Shown here piece by piece: positions 10,374-20,988 of a stretch of 64,000 nucleotides of DNA. The first letter of the stretch is position 1. Every line of letters starts with the position of its first letter. The stretch is from Syntrophorhabdaceae bacterium. Lineage in GTDB: Bacteria; Desulfobacterota; Syntrophorhabdia; Syntrophorhabdales; Syntrophorhabdaceae. Where the stretch lies: NCBI GenBank assembly GCA_963666485.2, contig CAXXUO010000001.1:1350654-1414653 (forward strand), written 5' to 3'. The position numbers and the translations under genes were made by a program. The notes beneath the pieces are model-generated. The model was not told where the DNA came from and did no database searches. It was given only the letters and a program-made list of their open reading frames with translations.

Positions 10374-10503
10374 ACGGTTCAAGGTTCAAAGTTCAAGGTT
10401 CAAGGTTAAAAACGATCCAACGCCGCCATTCCGAAAGGATGGCGGCTTTTCTTATGAAGTTTTTTTATCTTTTCCTTTGAACTTTGAACCTTGAACCTTG
10501 AAC
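10374..10503. repeat. inverted arrays of 7-bp tandem repeats (aaggttc)n ... (ttgaacc)n enclosing a terminator hairpin
   Basis: Arrays at 10374-10407 and 10476-10503. Hairpin gccgccattcc-gaaa-ggatggcggc followed by a T-run lies between them. Confidence 0.8.
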
Positions 10504-10829
10504 TATTTTTTGATGTGCACTGCCAACCACACCGTCGGCTGTTTTTCATCTGTGCGTGTTACCCTGTGACGGGTGAAGGCGGGGATGAAGACGTAGTCTC
10601 CCGGCTTGAGGGTGACGGGCTGGCCTTCATCTTCGAAGACAAGTTCAGCTGTGCCCTTGAGGAGGATGACCCATTCGTCATGGGCCTGATCGTACCAGCT
10701 TTCCTCGGGGGTTGTGTGCCCGTCGGATATGATCCTTTCTATCCTGACGTCCCCTTTTTCAACGATCGTTTCGAATATCTCGTCAGGGATGATTGCCGGG
10801 ACCTTTAAGAATATATTGTCTTTTTTCAT
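10503..10829 (-). CDS. cupin domain protein
   Basis: IERIISDGH, WYDQ..DEWVILLKG and IPAFTRHRV..T...PTVWLAVH. Confidence 0.85.
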   Translation of the reverse strand: MKKDNIFLKVPAIIPDEIFETIVEKGDVRIERIISDGHTTPEESWYDQAHDEWVILLKGTAELVFEDEGQPVTLKPGDYVFIPAFTRHRVTRTDEKQPTVWLAVHIKK

Positions 10830-11311
10830 CAGTCCCGCCCGGGCCTCACGGCTTTGATCGTCCGTTTTTCCCGTATCTTTGTCAGTGTGTCACTGAATTC
10901 CTCGTTTTTCGGCTGCATGGTAACGGCCGTCTGCGCCAGGCTTTCCGCTTCGTCGAGGTTGGTGTCCTCCGAGTAATAAAGCCACGCGAGGTTATTATAA
11001 GCGTTCGGGTCCTGCGTCTTGTCTATCACCTCGCGGTAGGCTTTTTCGGCCTTATCGGTCATTCCTCTCTGGAAATACACGTTGCCCAGGTAAAGGTACG
11101 CGATGGGCATCTCCCTAGATGCTATCCTGTATTCCCTCTCCGCGCCATCAAAATCGTGCAGATTTTCATAGGCAACGCCGAGGTTTATATGTTCCTGTGG
11201 TGTGAGGAGGCCATTTCCGGTTGGGTAGGGAAGCCCGCAGCCGGCGACCAGGGCCGTGAAAAATATCAGGAGGGCACAATACGCAAAGCCCGGTATCCGG
11301 TTCTTCTTCAT
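10829..11311 (-). CDS. TPR-repeat lipoprotein
   Basis: Lipobox-like LVAGC and TPR motifs (HINLGVAY, AYLYLGNVY, AYNNLAWLY). Start moved to the ATG at 11311. Confidence 0.8.
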   Translation of the reverse strand: MKKNRIPGFAYCALLIFFTALVAGCGLPYPTGNGLLTPQEHINLGVAYENLHDFDGAEREYRIASREMPIAYLYLGNVYFQRGMTDKAEKAYREVIDKTQDPNAYNNLAWLYYSEDTNLDEAESLAQTAVTMQPKNEEFSDTLTKIREKRTIKAVRPGRD

Positions 11312-11349
11312 ATTTTCTCCAGGTCTGAGTTCGGGATAATCTCCTTTAA

Positions 11350-12819
<1,470 letters not shown>

Positions 12820-12839
12820 GGGGCTTTACATATGCGGGA

Positions 12840-12882
12840 GGTCAGCGCCCCGGATGCAGGGGGGGCGCTGACCGCTTTTTTT
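12840..12882 (+). terminator. rho-independent terminator after eno
   Basis: ggtcagcgcccc...ggggcgctgacc followed by a T-run. Confidence 0.7.
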
Positions 12883-13102
12883 ATGAGGGAGGAGGCTGCT
12901 GGGTCGGCTGCTCGGGGGGCCGGCATGAATTCATGCAATTGTAATAACATTCAGATTGCTTCTTGTTCGAGCACTTTGATTCGGTGCAGCAATTTGATAC
13001 GCACTTCTCATGGCACGACAGCGCCGCGAACGCAGGGGATCCTGACGTGATGAACATAGTCGCGGCGAACAAAATTACCAGGAGTAGAAAACATTTTTTC
13101 AT
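12881..13102 (-). CDS. small secreted Cys-rich protein (73 aa)
   Basis: Signal peptide ending AFA, 8 Cys in the mature part with CX3C spacing, RBS ggaggtg. Confidence 0.7.
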   Translation of the reverse strand: MKKCFLLLVILFAATMFITSGSPAFAALSCHEKCVSNCCTESKCSNKKQSECYYNCMNSCRPPEQPTQQPPPS

Positions 13103-13267
13103 CGATTCACCTCCATAGGTGCATGACGATTTATAACACTATCGGGACATTTCCGTCAATGACGGACGTCACACTTAAAATGGCGGAATGTTAAGAATTT
13201 GGATGCTTTTTAGTACGATATGGGATAGATTAAGGACAGACAATCCGGGCAAAAATGGTAGTGCAGA

Positions 13268-14182
13268 ATGGTAAAAAATTACAGCATCGTAGATTCCCGC
13301 GTCGTGGAAGGCAGGGGCGAAAAGGAGCGCATCTCCGTCTACATCAACCCTGATGAAAGTGAACGGCGTCACCTCATAGACCATCACCAGATAGACGAGC
13401 ACACCCTTCTGTCCGCCCTCGACCCCGACGAGCTTTCCCGTATCGAGATCGAATCGGACCATATCGCGATAATCCTTAAATCCCCGGTAAATTACCTGGC
13501 CGAGCACGCCTTTGAGTTCCTGGTATCGTCGATGGGAATGTTCCTGTTCGAGGATAAGCTTATCATCGTCATGGCCGAAGACCTTCCTATCTTCGACAGC
13601 AAGACATTTTCCCGGGTGAACCGCCTTGCAGAGACGATGCTGAAGATTGTAAGTTACAGTATTTTCCGTTTCCTCGAGCACTTAAGGGTCATCGACATGG
13701 TTTCCGATGAACTGGCGGATAAGATCAGCACATCCATGGAGAACACCTACCTACTGAACCTTTTTGCACTCGAAAAATCCCTTGTCTATTACCAGAATGC
13801 CATCAATTCCAACTCGGTCCTCATTGAGAAAATGAAGATCTATACCCAGAGGATCGGATTCACACGGGACGACACCGAATTGCTCGATGACGTCACCATC
13901 GAGAACACCCAGTGCTACAAGCAGGCGGAGATATACTCGAACATTCTCGCGAGCATGATGGACGCCCGCGTTTCTATCGTGAACAACAACCTGAACATTC
14001 TCATGAAGAAACTGACGTTCGTCACGATCGCCATCATGGTCCCGACATTTGTTGTCAGCGCGTTCTCCATGAACGTCGCTTTTCCTTTCCAGGGCCATCC
14101 CTACGCGTTCTGGATAATCCTCACCCTCGCGATCTGCGCAATGGGGAGCTTTTTCTTTTTCTGGAGCCTCAGAAACAAATAA
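13268..14182 (+). CDS. corA: CorA family Mg2+/Co2+ transporter
   Basis: NNNLNILMKKLT, then two C-terminal TM helices with SMN (GMN-like) signature. Confidence 0.88.
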   Translation: MVKNYSIVDSRVVEGRGEKERISVYINPDESERRHLIDHHQIDEHTLLSALDPDELSRIEIESDHIAIILKSPVNYLAEHAFEFLVSSMGMFLFEDKLIIVMAEDLPIFDSKTFSRVNRLAETMLKIVSYSIFRFLEHLRVIDMVSDELADKISTSMENTYLLNLFALEKSLVYYQNAINSNSVLIEKMKIYTQRIGFTRDDTELLDDVTIENTQCYKQAEIYSNILASMMDARVSIVNNNLNILMKKLTFVTIAIMVPTFVVSAFSMNVAFPFQGHPYAFWIILTLAICAMGSFFFFWSLRNK

Positions 14183-14200
14183 CCGGGTCTTAAAGACATC

Positions 14201-14533
14201 CTCTCGCCCGCTTCGCTCAAGCTCACAGAGGTCACAGAGAACTGCGAAGGAAAAAGACTTTGCCGGCTGGTCGCGGAGCCGACCACGACCAGCCGGCACT
14301 TTCATCGGCTTCGCCGAGGAAAAGAAAAAAACAATACAAGGAAATTAACGGTCCAAGCGGTCCATCCTGCCTGAAGGGCAGGATTGAAGATGCCGCCCTG
14401 ATAGCCGGGTACCCGCCTCCGAGCTTGCTATTGGCGGGTGGCAATGGTAAGGCTCCGGGCTCCCGCGGCCTCCGCCTTTCTCCGCGGCCTCCGCGAGCTC
14501 GAGAGAGGAGCGCAAGCGACGAGCGGGCGAGAG
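14201..14533 (+). repeat. ~330-bp palindrome-rich dispersed element, copy A (MITE/REP-like)
   Basis: Terminal inverted repeats ctctcgcccgct ... agcgggcgagag. Near-identical inverted copy at 34626-34957. Confidence 0.85.
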
Positions 14534-14612
14534 AGTGTCTTTTATGTTCGCAATTTCCTGCTGGATACTCTTTTTGGTTTTGATTACAATGTATCAGGTT
14601 CACCAACACGAC

Positions 14613-15089
14613 ATGATAGCTGCCTCAGGAAAAAGAAGTGCGGGATTGCTCATGTTCCGCCGGAAGGGGACTGCTGTAGAGGTTCTGCTTGTCCATCCCG
14701 GCGGGCCCTTCTGGGCAAAAAAGGACGAAGGCGCCTGGAGTCTGCCCAAAGGCGTGATAGACCCGGGAGAAGATGAACTCCTTGCCGCCATACGCGAATT
14801 CGAGGAGGAGACGGGTTTCACGGCGGAAGGGGACTTTATTGCCCTGACGCCGAGGCGTCAGCCGAGCGGGAAGATCATATACGCATGGGCCATCGAGGGC
14901 GACGGCGACCCTTCGGCCATGAAAAGCAACACGTTTACCATGGAATGGCCCCCGCGATCGGGAAAAATGGGCGAATTTCCCGAGGCGGACCGGGTCGAAT
15001 GGTTCGATATCGAATCGGCCAAATCAAAGATAATCAAGGGCCAGAAAGACTTCATCGAAGAATTCGAAGATTTTATAAAAGAACAGTGA
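14613..15089 (+). CDS. NUDIX hydrolase
   Basis: VLLVHPGGPFW...WSLPKG...AAIREFEEETG Nudix box, and FPEADR. Confidence 0.88.
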   Translation: MIAASGKRSAGLLMFRRKGTAVEVLLVHPGGPFWAKKDEGAWSLPKGVIDPGEDELLAAIREFEEETGFTAEGDFIALTPRRQPSGKIIYAWAIEGDGDPSAMKSNTFTMEWPPRSGKMGEFPEADRVEWFDIESAKSKIIKGQKDFIEEFEDFIKEQ

Positions 15090-15113
15090 CGCACCCGGAA
15101 TTAATGCGGATGA

Positions 15114-15410
15114 TCAGCCCAGGAATTCGGCTAAGAGTTTATCTATATCGTCCTGCGACATTGTCTCAGAGCCCGAGGAAGACGGGGCACCAGCTTCCCT
15201 GCCGGGTTCCTCTCCCGTTTGCATGAGATCAAGCCCCCCCGGGGTTTCCGGTGGTCCGCCTGTTTCAGCGGTCTCGGTACCCTGTGCTGACGTTATATCC
15301 CCGAAGAGGGCATCGAGGTCTGACTGGGAGAGCCCGCTGCTCTCATCTTTCTGAGGCGCACCGCCCCCGAAGAGGGCATCGAGATCTGATTGAGAAAGTA
15401 CTTCACTCAT
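15114..15410 (-). CDS. small acidic protein with three LSQxDxDxL(L/F) motifs (FliM N-terminal / CheZ C-terminal-like)
   Basis: VLSQSDLDALF, GLSQSDLDALF and TMSQDDIDKLL separated by low-complexity linkers. Confidence 0.65.
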   Translation of the reverse strand: MSEVLSQSDLDALFGGGAPQKDESSGLSQSDLDALFGDITSAQGTETAETGGPPETPGGLDLMQTGEEPGREAGAPSSSGSETMSQDDIDKLLAEFLG

Positions 15411-15542
15411 GTATTATTATGACCTTCCTGTGCCTGGTACTATACTTATCGGCAGGGACCCAAAAAACGTTATTCCCGGCCGATCCGGCCACCTCGTGCC
15501 TTGACAGTTATTCCCGCATCTGGTAAGGAATGAGTACGTCGC

Positions 15543-16784
15543 ATGAAAATCAAATATGCTCTCTTGATCATGACGCTTATCGTTCTGTCCCCGGTGATAG
15601 TGGGGGGAGAAAGCTGTACGGACTGCCATACCGATGAATCGATCATGAGATCTCTCGTTGAGATGCCCAAACAAAAAGCGGGCACGACCCCGGGGCTCAT
15701 CGGGCCTCAAGGGCCGTATCCCCTGATCAAGGCCGACACATATTACAAAAGATACTATGTCGATAAGGCCCTTCTGGAAAAGGACCCTCACCTCCTGGAA
15801 GGCTGCACGCCCTGTCATAAAGGGAATGAGAAGGCGACAGATAAGGACGACGCACATAAGGGCTTCGTGAAGAAGCCATCAGCCGACCTGAAATTGTGCG
15901 GCAGATGCCACGACGATGTCACGAAACCCTATGAGAATTCGCTTCACGCGTCACTGCAGGGCTTCACGACAAAGATGTCGAAGAGGCTCGGCGCGAAAGA
16001 AGAAAAGGTCTTCACGGAGAAGGTCTTCGGCCAATCCTGCCGGAGCTGCCACGCGACCTGCGGCGATTGCCACGTGAGTTCCCCTGCGGTTGACGGGATC
16101 AGGACGGGCTTCATAAAGGGACACGCCTTCGTAAGGAAAGACGAGGGGAAAACCTGCGCCGTCTGCCATGGCGGGCGGGTCTACCCGGAGTACACGGGTA
16201 CATATGGCGGACCGCCCGACGTTCATTATCAGAAAGGGATGTCCTGTGTGCAATGCCACAAGAAAGGCCAGGTGCACGGGGACGGCAACGCATACAGGAT
16301 GATGGGCGAATCGAGGTCGACCCCGGCTTGCAGGGACTGCCACAAGAAAGGTTCTGAGAAAAAGGGCGTTGCCCGGCTTGCCCATACGAAGCATGATGGC
16401 AGGGTAACCTGCTACGGATGCCACGTCGACGGCGAATATCGCACCTGCTCCGGATGCCACGACGGGAAAACCGTGACGTCGAAACCGGGCTTTGTCCTCG
16501 GGGCTGACCCCTCTGATAAGAGGGTCCTGACGACGCTCAGGCAGGTACCGGTGACGCGGGACAGCTTCGTCAAGGCAGGCATCAGAATGGAACGTTACGA
16601 TGCCCTGCCGGATTATCGCGCCGCGTATGTTCACAAGATACGAAGGGTAACCGACCGGACCCGTTCATGCGATATCTGTCACGTGAGCAGGAAGGGTTTT
16701 CTTACGAAGGATTCCGCCGTGAAAGGCGCATCCCGGGCAAACGAAGACCTGATCTTCAAAATGGCCCCTTTTAATTTGGAATGA
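15543..16784 (+). CDS. periplasmic multiheme cytochrome c (11 CXXCH)
   Basis: Signal peptide. CTDCH, CTPCH, CGRCH, CRSCH, CGDCH, CAVCH, CVQCH, CRDCH, CYGCH, CSGCH and CDICH. Confidence 0.9.
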   Translation: MKIKYALLIMTLIVLSPVIVGGESCTDCHTDESIMRSLVEMPKQKAGTTPGLIGPQGPYPLIKADTYYKRYYVDKALLEKDPHLLEGCTPCHKGNEKATDKDDAHKGFVKKPSADLKLCGRCHDDVTKPYENSLHASLQGFTTKMSKRLGAKEEKVFTEKVFGQSCRSCHATCGDCHVSSPAVDGIRTGFIKGHAFVRKDEGKTCAVCHGGRVYPEYTGTYGGPPDVHYQKGMSCVQCHKKGQVHGDGNAYRMMGESRSTPACRDCHKKGSEKKGVARLAHTKHDGRVTCYGCHVDGEYRTCSGCHDGKTVTSKPGFVLGADPSDKRVLTTLRQVPVTRDSFVKAGIRMERYDALPDYRAAYVHKIRRVTDRTRSCDICHVSRKGFLTKDSAVKGASRANEDLIFKMAPFNLE

Positions 16785-18670
16785 GGCGAAAGGCAATGAG
16801 GTTGATCACGGCGGCTCGACAAGCCAAAGATTTTTTCCTGGGCACCCTTCTTGTCGCCCTTATGACCTTCGGCCTCGCTTTCAGCGCGAACGCGGCTGTA
16901 AGCTGTGTTGATTGCCACGATGGCAAGAAATTCACGACGCTCCACAAAGAGTCCGCCCACGGGAACATCGCGTGCATTTCATGCCACACGATCTCGGGCG
17001 GCCTCGACAGGCACGTGCTGAAAAAGGAAAAACCGGCCCTCATCTCGTGCGGGCAATGCCATAAGGAAACAGAGAAGACCTACAGAACGAGCGTCCACTC
17101 TGTCAAGGCGGGCCTTACGTGCTACGGTTGCCATACGGATATCCATACCTTCAAACCGCTGAAAGACAATGTTAAGACAGCCGTGATACGCAGCTGCACG
17201 CGGTGCCATGCCGGTGATACGTATGTCATGTCGGGGCACGGTGCTGCGGTCATGGCCGGAAACAACGATTCTGCGGCATGCAGCGACTGCCACGGCGTGC
17301 ATGGCATAAAGGCCTACCGGACGCATGGCGACAGGCGGCAAACCCTGGAGGCGCGGGAGTTCTACAATAAATCCTGCAAGTCCTGCCATTCCGACAGGCA
17401 GATGATGCTGCGGAACAAGTTGTCCCCTGATATCGTCAAATTCTACGAGGAAACATATCACGGCAAGGTCGAGGACCTGGGCTACCCGACGAGCGTCGCG
17501 GGATGCGCCGACTGTCATACGAACCATAATATACTGCCCCCGTCGGACCCGGCGTCCATCTTAAACCCCCGCAACCTCGTGAAGAACTGCAGGACGTGCC
17601 ACGCCGGCATCCATCAGCGCTTCGCCGAGTACAAGGCCCATCCCGATTACCGGAACGCAAAAAAGTACCCTCTCCTCTACATAAGTTTTATCGCCATGGC
17701 GGCCCTCCTGCTCGTGACATTCACGTTTTACTGGACGCACACGATCCTGTGGTGGAGAAAGGTATACTGGGAAAAACACAGGCTCGAGGAAATGGGGATA
17801 AAGCTTGAGAGCCCCTTTACCCACGAAGAGGGTGTTCAGGAGATCAGACGCTTCAGGGTCCGTGACCGCATCATGCACGTTTTCCTGGTCATGTCTTTCT
17901 TTGGCCTTGTCATCACCGGCTTCCCCTTAAAGTATCACAGCACCCTCTGGGCGAAGCTGCTCATTAAGGGCATGGGAGGCGCTTTCAACGCGGGGTTCTA
18001 CCACAGGGTATCCGCCGTTGTCCTTATCATTCTCTTCCTTATCACGATCGGAAGATCGCTTCGCTTCCTCTTCCCGAAGGGTCTCGGGAAAAATGCCCGG
18101 AAGGGATGGGTCGAGAGGCTTTTCGGCCCCGACTCCCTGGTGCCGAACGCCAACGACTGGCGGCAGTTCAAGCAGATGGTGCGGTGGTTTTTCAACAAAG
18201 ACGAATACCCGAAGTTTGACAGGTGGACATACTGGGAAAAATTCGACTTCCTCGCAGTCTTCTGGGGCATGGTGATCATCGGAGGCTCAGGGATTACCCT
18301 CTGGGCACCCGAGTGGGCATCATACATTTATCCCGGATGGATATTCAACATCGCGAGCATCCTTCATTCCGAGGAGGCGCTGCTGGCGGCTCTCTTCATA
18401 TTCACGGTCCACTTCTTCAACACGCACCTCGTCCCCACCCGGTTCCCCATGGACCCCGTCATATTCACGGGCAGTTACCAGCAGGAAGAATTGTGGCGGT
18501 CGAGGGCCCTCGAATATGAAAGACTGGTAAAAGAAGGCAGGTTAGAGGACCTCAAGATAAAACACCCGTCCATTTCGCTCAAGATCTTCGCCGCCATATT
18601 CGGTCACGTGAGCCTGTGGCTCGGCATACTCTTCACCCTCATCCTGCTGTGGACGTTCTTTTACGGATAA
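16781..18670 (+). CDS. CbcL-like protein: 9-heme cytochrome c domain fused to a cytochrome b membrane domain
   Basis: 9 CXXCH motifs, then a TM domain with RIMH, FYHR, RWTYWEKFDFLAVFWG and HSEEALLA...VHFFNTH. Confidence 0.85.
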   Translation: MRRKAMRLITAARQAKDFFLGTLLVALMTFGLAFSANAAVSCVDCHDGKKFTTLHKESAHGNIACISCHTISGGLDRHVLKKEKPALISCGQCHKETEKTYRTSVHSVKAGLTCYGCHTDIHTFKPLKDNVKTAVIRSCTRCHAGDTYVMSGHGAAVMAGNNDSAACSDCHGVHGIKAYRTHGDRRQTLEAREFYNKSCKSCHSDRQMMLRNKLSPDIVKFYEETYHGKVEDLGYPTSVAGCADCHTNHNILPPSDPASILNPRNLVKNCRTCHAGIHQRFAEYKAHPDYRNAKKYPLLYISFIAMAALLLVTFTFYWTHTILWWRKVYWEKHRLEEMGIKLESPFTHEEGVQEIRRFRVRDRIMHVFLVMSFFGLVITGFPLKYHSTLWAKLLIKGMGGAFNAGFYHRVSAVVLIILFLITIGRSLRFLFPKGLGKNARKGWVERLFGPDSLVPNANDWRQFKQMVRWFFNKDEYPKFDRWTYWEKFDFLAVFWGMVIIGGSGITLWAPEWASYIYPGWIFNIASILHSEEALLAALFIFTVHFFNTHLVPTRFPMDPVIFTGSYQQEELWRSRALEYERLVKEGRLEDLKIKHPSISLKIFAAIFGHVSLWLGILFTLILLWTFFYG

Positions 18671-18790
18671 AAAACAGTTCCAGGTTCCACGTTCCACATT
18701 CTGTGTTTCTACGTTCGGTCTTCCAGATTCCAGGTTATAATTTTTCCATCATTTCCGATTTGATCTCCATCATTTCCGATTCCTATTTTC

Positions 18791-18888
18791 CGTCATCCCG
18801 GGCCTGACCCGGGACCCAAGGTTTTTCTTTTTTCTCTTTGCGGGTTCATTTGCATACGAATGGGTCCCGGGTCAAGCCCGGGATGACG
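18791..18888. repeat. inverted pair of CGTC-tagged REP palindromes
   Basis: cgtcatcccgggcctgacccgggaccca ... tgggtcccgggtcaagcccgggatgacg. Confidence 0.75.
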
Positions 18889-18973
18889 ACGAGGCTTAAT
18901 TGCTATGGCCGGAATGTCGGGTTGACCGGCATTATCGTTGCACCTGCCCGACTTCTCTGTTATCCTTTTTTCC

Positions 18974-19918
18974 ATGGCACTCGTCAATATCGATAAAAAG
19001 GACGTCAAGCTCATCATGATCGGCGGCAAGGGCGGGGTCGGCAAGACGACCTGCGCCTCGGCGATAGCCCTCAAGATGGCGAAGGAAGGCCGGAAGGTGC
19101 TTATCATCACGAGCGACCCGGCGCCTTCATTATCGGACATTTTCGAGAAGGAAATAGGCGATGCCGAGACGCGCATCCATGACACGTACGAGCTGTACGG
19201 GCTCGAGGTGTCCTCAGACATTGTCCTGAAGAGATGGAAGGAGCGTTTCGGGCCGGAGATCTACGAGGTCGTATCGTCGTTCGCGGCCGTCGATTATGAT
19301 TTTGTCGAATATATCGGCACCGCGCCGGGCATAGAAGAGGAGTATATGCTCAACTTCATCATGGAGCTCGTCGAGGGCGGATCGTATGATGTCGTGGTGT
19401 GGGACACGGCGCCGGCGGGGCATACGCTGCGGCTCCTCAAGCTTCCCGAGCTTTTTCTTTCGCACATGGAAGCCGCCACGAAATTCTACATGAACATCTA
19501 CGGATATATCGAGAAGGTCAAGGATACGGTGCGCCTGAAGGAATCGAAGAAGACGCTCCTGCAGATCATCGCGGGGTGGGAGGCACTGTCGGAACGCATC
19601 GTCGAATTCATCCGGGACGGCAGGTCGGTGAAATACCTCATCGTCACGATACCGGAGGCCCTCGGCGTGAAGATGACGAACCGCGTCATCAGTGAGCTTG
19701 AAGATAATCACCTCACCGTCGAGAACCTCGTTATCAACAACGTGGTGGAAGAAGCGGACTGCGAGTTCCACCGTCAGCGCAAGGCCATGCAGGAACAGTA
19801 CATCGGGGAGCTCAGAAAAACCTACGACGGCAAGAACATTACCATCATTTACCTTGCCCCGCATGAAATAAAGGGTGTGGAAAAGATCGCCGGCATAGCC
19901 GGTGTTCTTTTCGGGTAG
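18974..19918 (+). CDS. ArsA/GET3 family ATPase (single domain)
   Basis: GGKGGVGKTT, SDPAPSLSD and DTAPAGHTLRLL. Confidence 0.9.
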   Translation: MALVNIDKKDVKLIMIGGKGGVGKTTCASAIALKMAKEGRKVLIITSDPAPSLSDIFEKEIGDAETRIHDTYELYGLEVSSDIVLKRWKERFGPEIYEVVSSFAAVDYDFVEYIGTAPGIEEEYMLNFIMELVEGGSYDVVVWDTAPAGHTLRLLKLPELFLSHMEAATKFYMNIYGYIEKVKDTVRLKESKKTLLQIIAGWEALSERIVEFIRDGRSVKYLIVTIPEALGVKMTNRVISELEDNHLTVENLVINNVVEEADCEFHRQRKAMQEQYIGELRKTYDGKNITIIYLAPHEIKGVEKIAGIAGVLFG

Positions 19919-19920
19919 CC

Positions 19921-20493
19921 ATGTCAACGATACGGATCACCGGCGGCAGACTGAACGGGATGTCGATACAGGTCCGTGCCAATGAGGTCGCCCGGTACAC
20001 CTCTTCCAAGGTCAGGCAGGCCATATTCAACATGTTAGGCGACATTGAAGGCCTCAGTGTGCTTGAATTGTTCGCCGGATCGGGCTCGTTCTCGATCGAG
20101 GCATTGAGCAGGGGAGCGTCGTCGGCAACCCTCGTCGAGGCCGACAGGAGAATGACCGGTCTCATAGCGAAGAATCTCGACAAAACAGGCCTAAATAAAT
20201 ATTGCGAAGTCCACCATATGGATGTAAGATATGCCGTCCCTTTGCTCTTTGGAAGGAAGTGCATTTATGATATTATTTTCATGGATCCTCCTTATGAAAT
20301 GGGATACGTGATGCAGGTCATGACACTTCTCGAAGCACATCCGCTGTACAATCACGATACTACCGTTATAGCTGAATACTCCCGGCGGGAAAATGACACG
20401 TTGGCCTTCTGTGAAGGCTTCGCCGGCCAAAAGACCAGGAAGTACGGGGATACTGTCATTACCATCGTGAGAAACATCAATCTTCCGGCATAA
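19921..20493 (+). CDS. rsmD: 16S rRNA m2G966 methyltransferase
   Basis: IRITGG, VRQAIFN, LELFAGSG, EALSRGA and FMDPPY. Directly upstream of coaD. Confidence 0.9.
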   Translation: MSTIRITGGRLNGMSIQVRANEVARYTSSKVRQAIFNMLGDIEGLSVLELFAGSGSFSIEALSRGASSATLVEADRRMTGLIAKNLDKTGLNKYCEVHHMDVRYAVPLLFGRKCIYDIIFMDPPYEMGYVMQVMTLLEAHPLYNHDTTVIAEYSRRENDTLAFCEGFAGQKTRKYGDTVITIVRNINLPA

Positions 20494-20502
20494 GGAGAGG
20501 CC

Positions 20503-20988
20503 ATGAAAAGAAAGCTCGCTGTCTATCCAGGTTCCTTTGATCCCGTCACGTTCGGTCATCTCGATATACTCCAGCGGGGGCTTGAGCTGTTCGACAAGGT
20601 CATTATCGCCATAGCGTACAATATAGAGAAGAAAGGGTTGTTCAGCTTCGAGGAACGCAAAGAGCTCATCCAGCAGTCCATAAACGGGAACGAGAACGTC
20701 ATCATCGACAGCTTCGACGGCCTGCTCATCGATTACGTGAAAAAAGTGAACGCGATGTTTGTCATCAGGGGCTTAAGGGCCATGAGCGATTTTGAGTATG
20801 AGTTCCAGATGGCGTCTATCAACCGGACGTTGAACCCGGGGATGGACACCCTGTTCATGATGACGAGCAAGGACTATTTTTTCATAAGCTCCCGGACGAT
20901 CAAGGAAGTGGCGCAATTTCACGGGTCAGTCAGCAGTTTCGTCCCGGCCCCTGTTGAAAAGAGGCTCAGGGAGATCTTCGAGGGGTAA
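20503..20988 (+). CDS. coaD: pantetheine-phosphate adenylyltransferase
   Basis: YPGSFDPVTFGHLDI, IRGLRAMSDFEYE and ISSRTIKE. Confidence 0.97.
   Translation: MKRKLAVYPGSFDPVTFGHLDILQRGLELFDKVIIAIAYNIEKKGLFSFEERKELIQQSINGNENVIIDSFDGLLIDYVKKVNAMFVIRGLRAMSDFEYEFQMASINRTLNPGMDTLFMMTSKDYFFISSRTIKEVAQFHGSVSSFVPAPVEKRLREIFEG

Noticed and set aside
14260..14583. Repeated ORF MPAGRGADHDQPAL... (also 34551-34898, 60260-60757) and antisense versions
   Set aside because: These are translations of the GC-rich palindromic element. They lack RBSs, and starts, ends and frames differ between copies.
15543..16784. Selenocysteine-containing cytochrome
   Set aside because: The frame is open with no in-frame TGA, despite selC being in the window.
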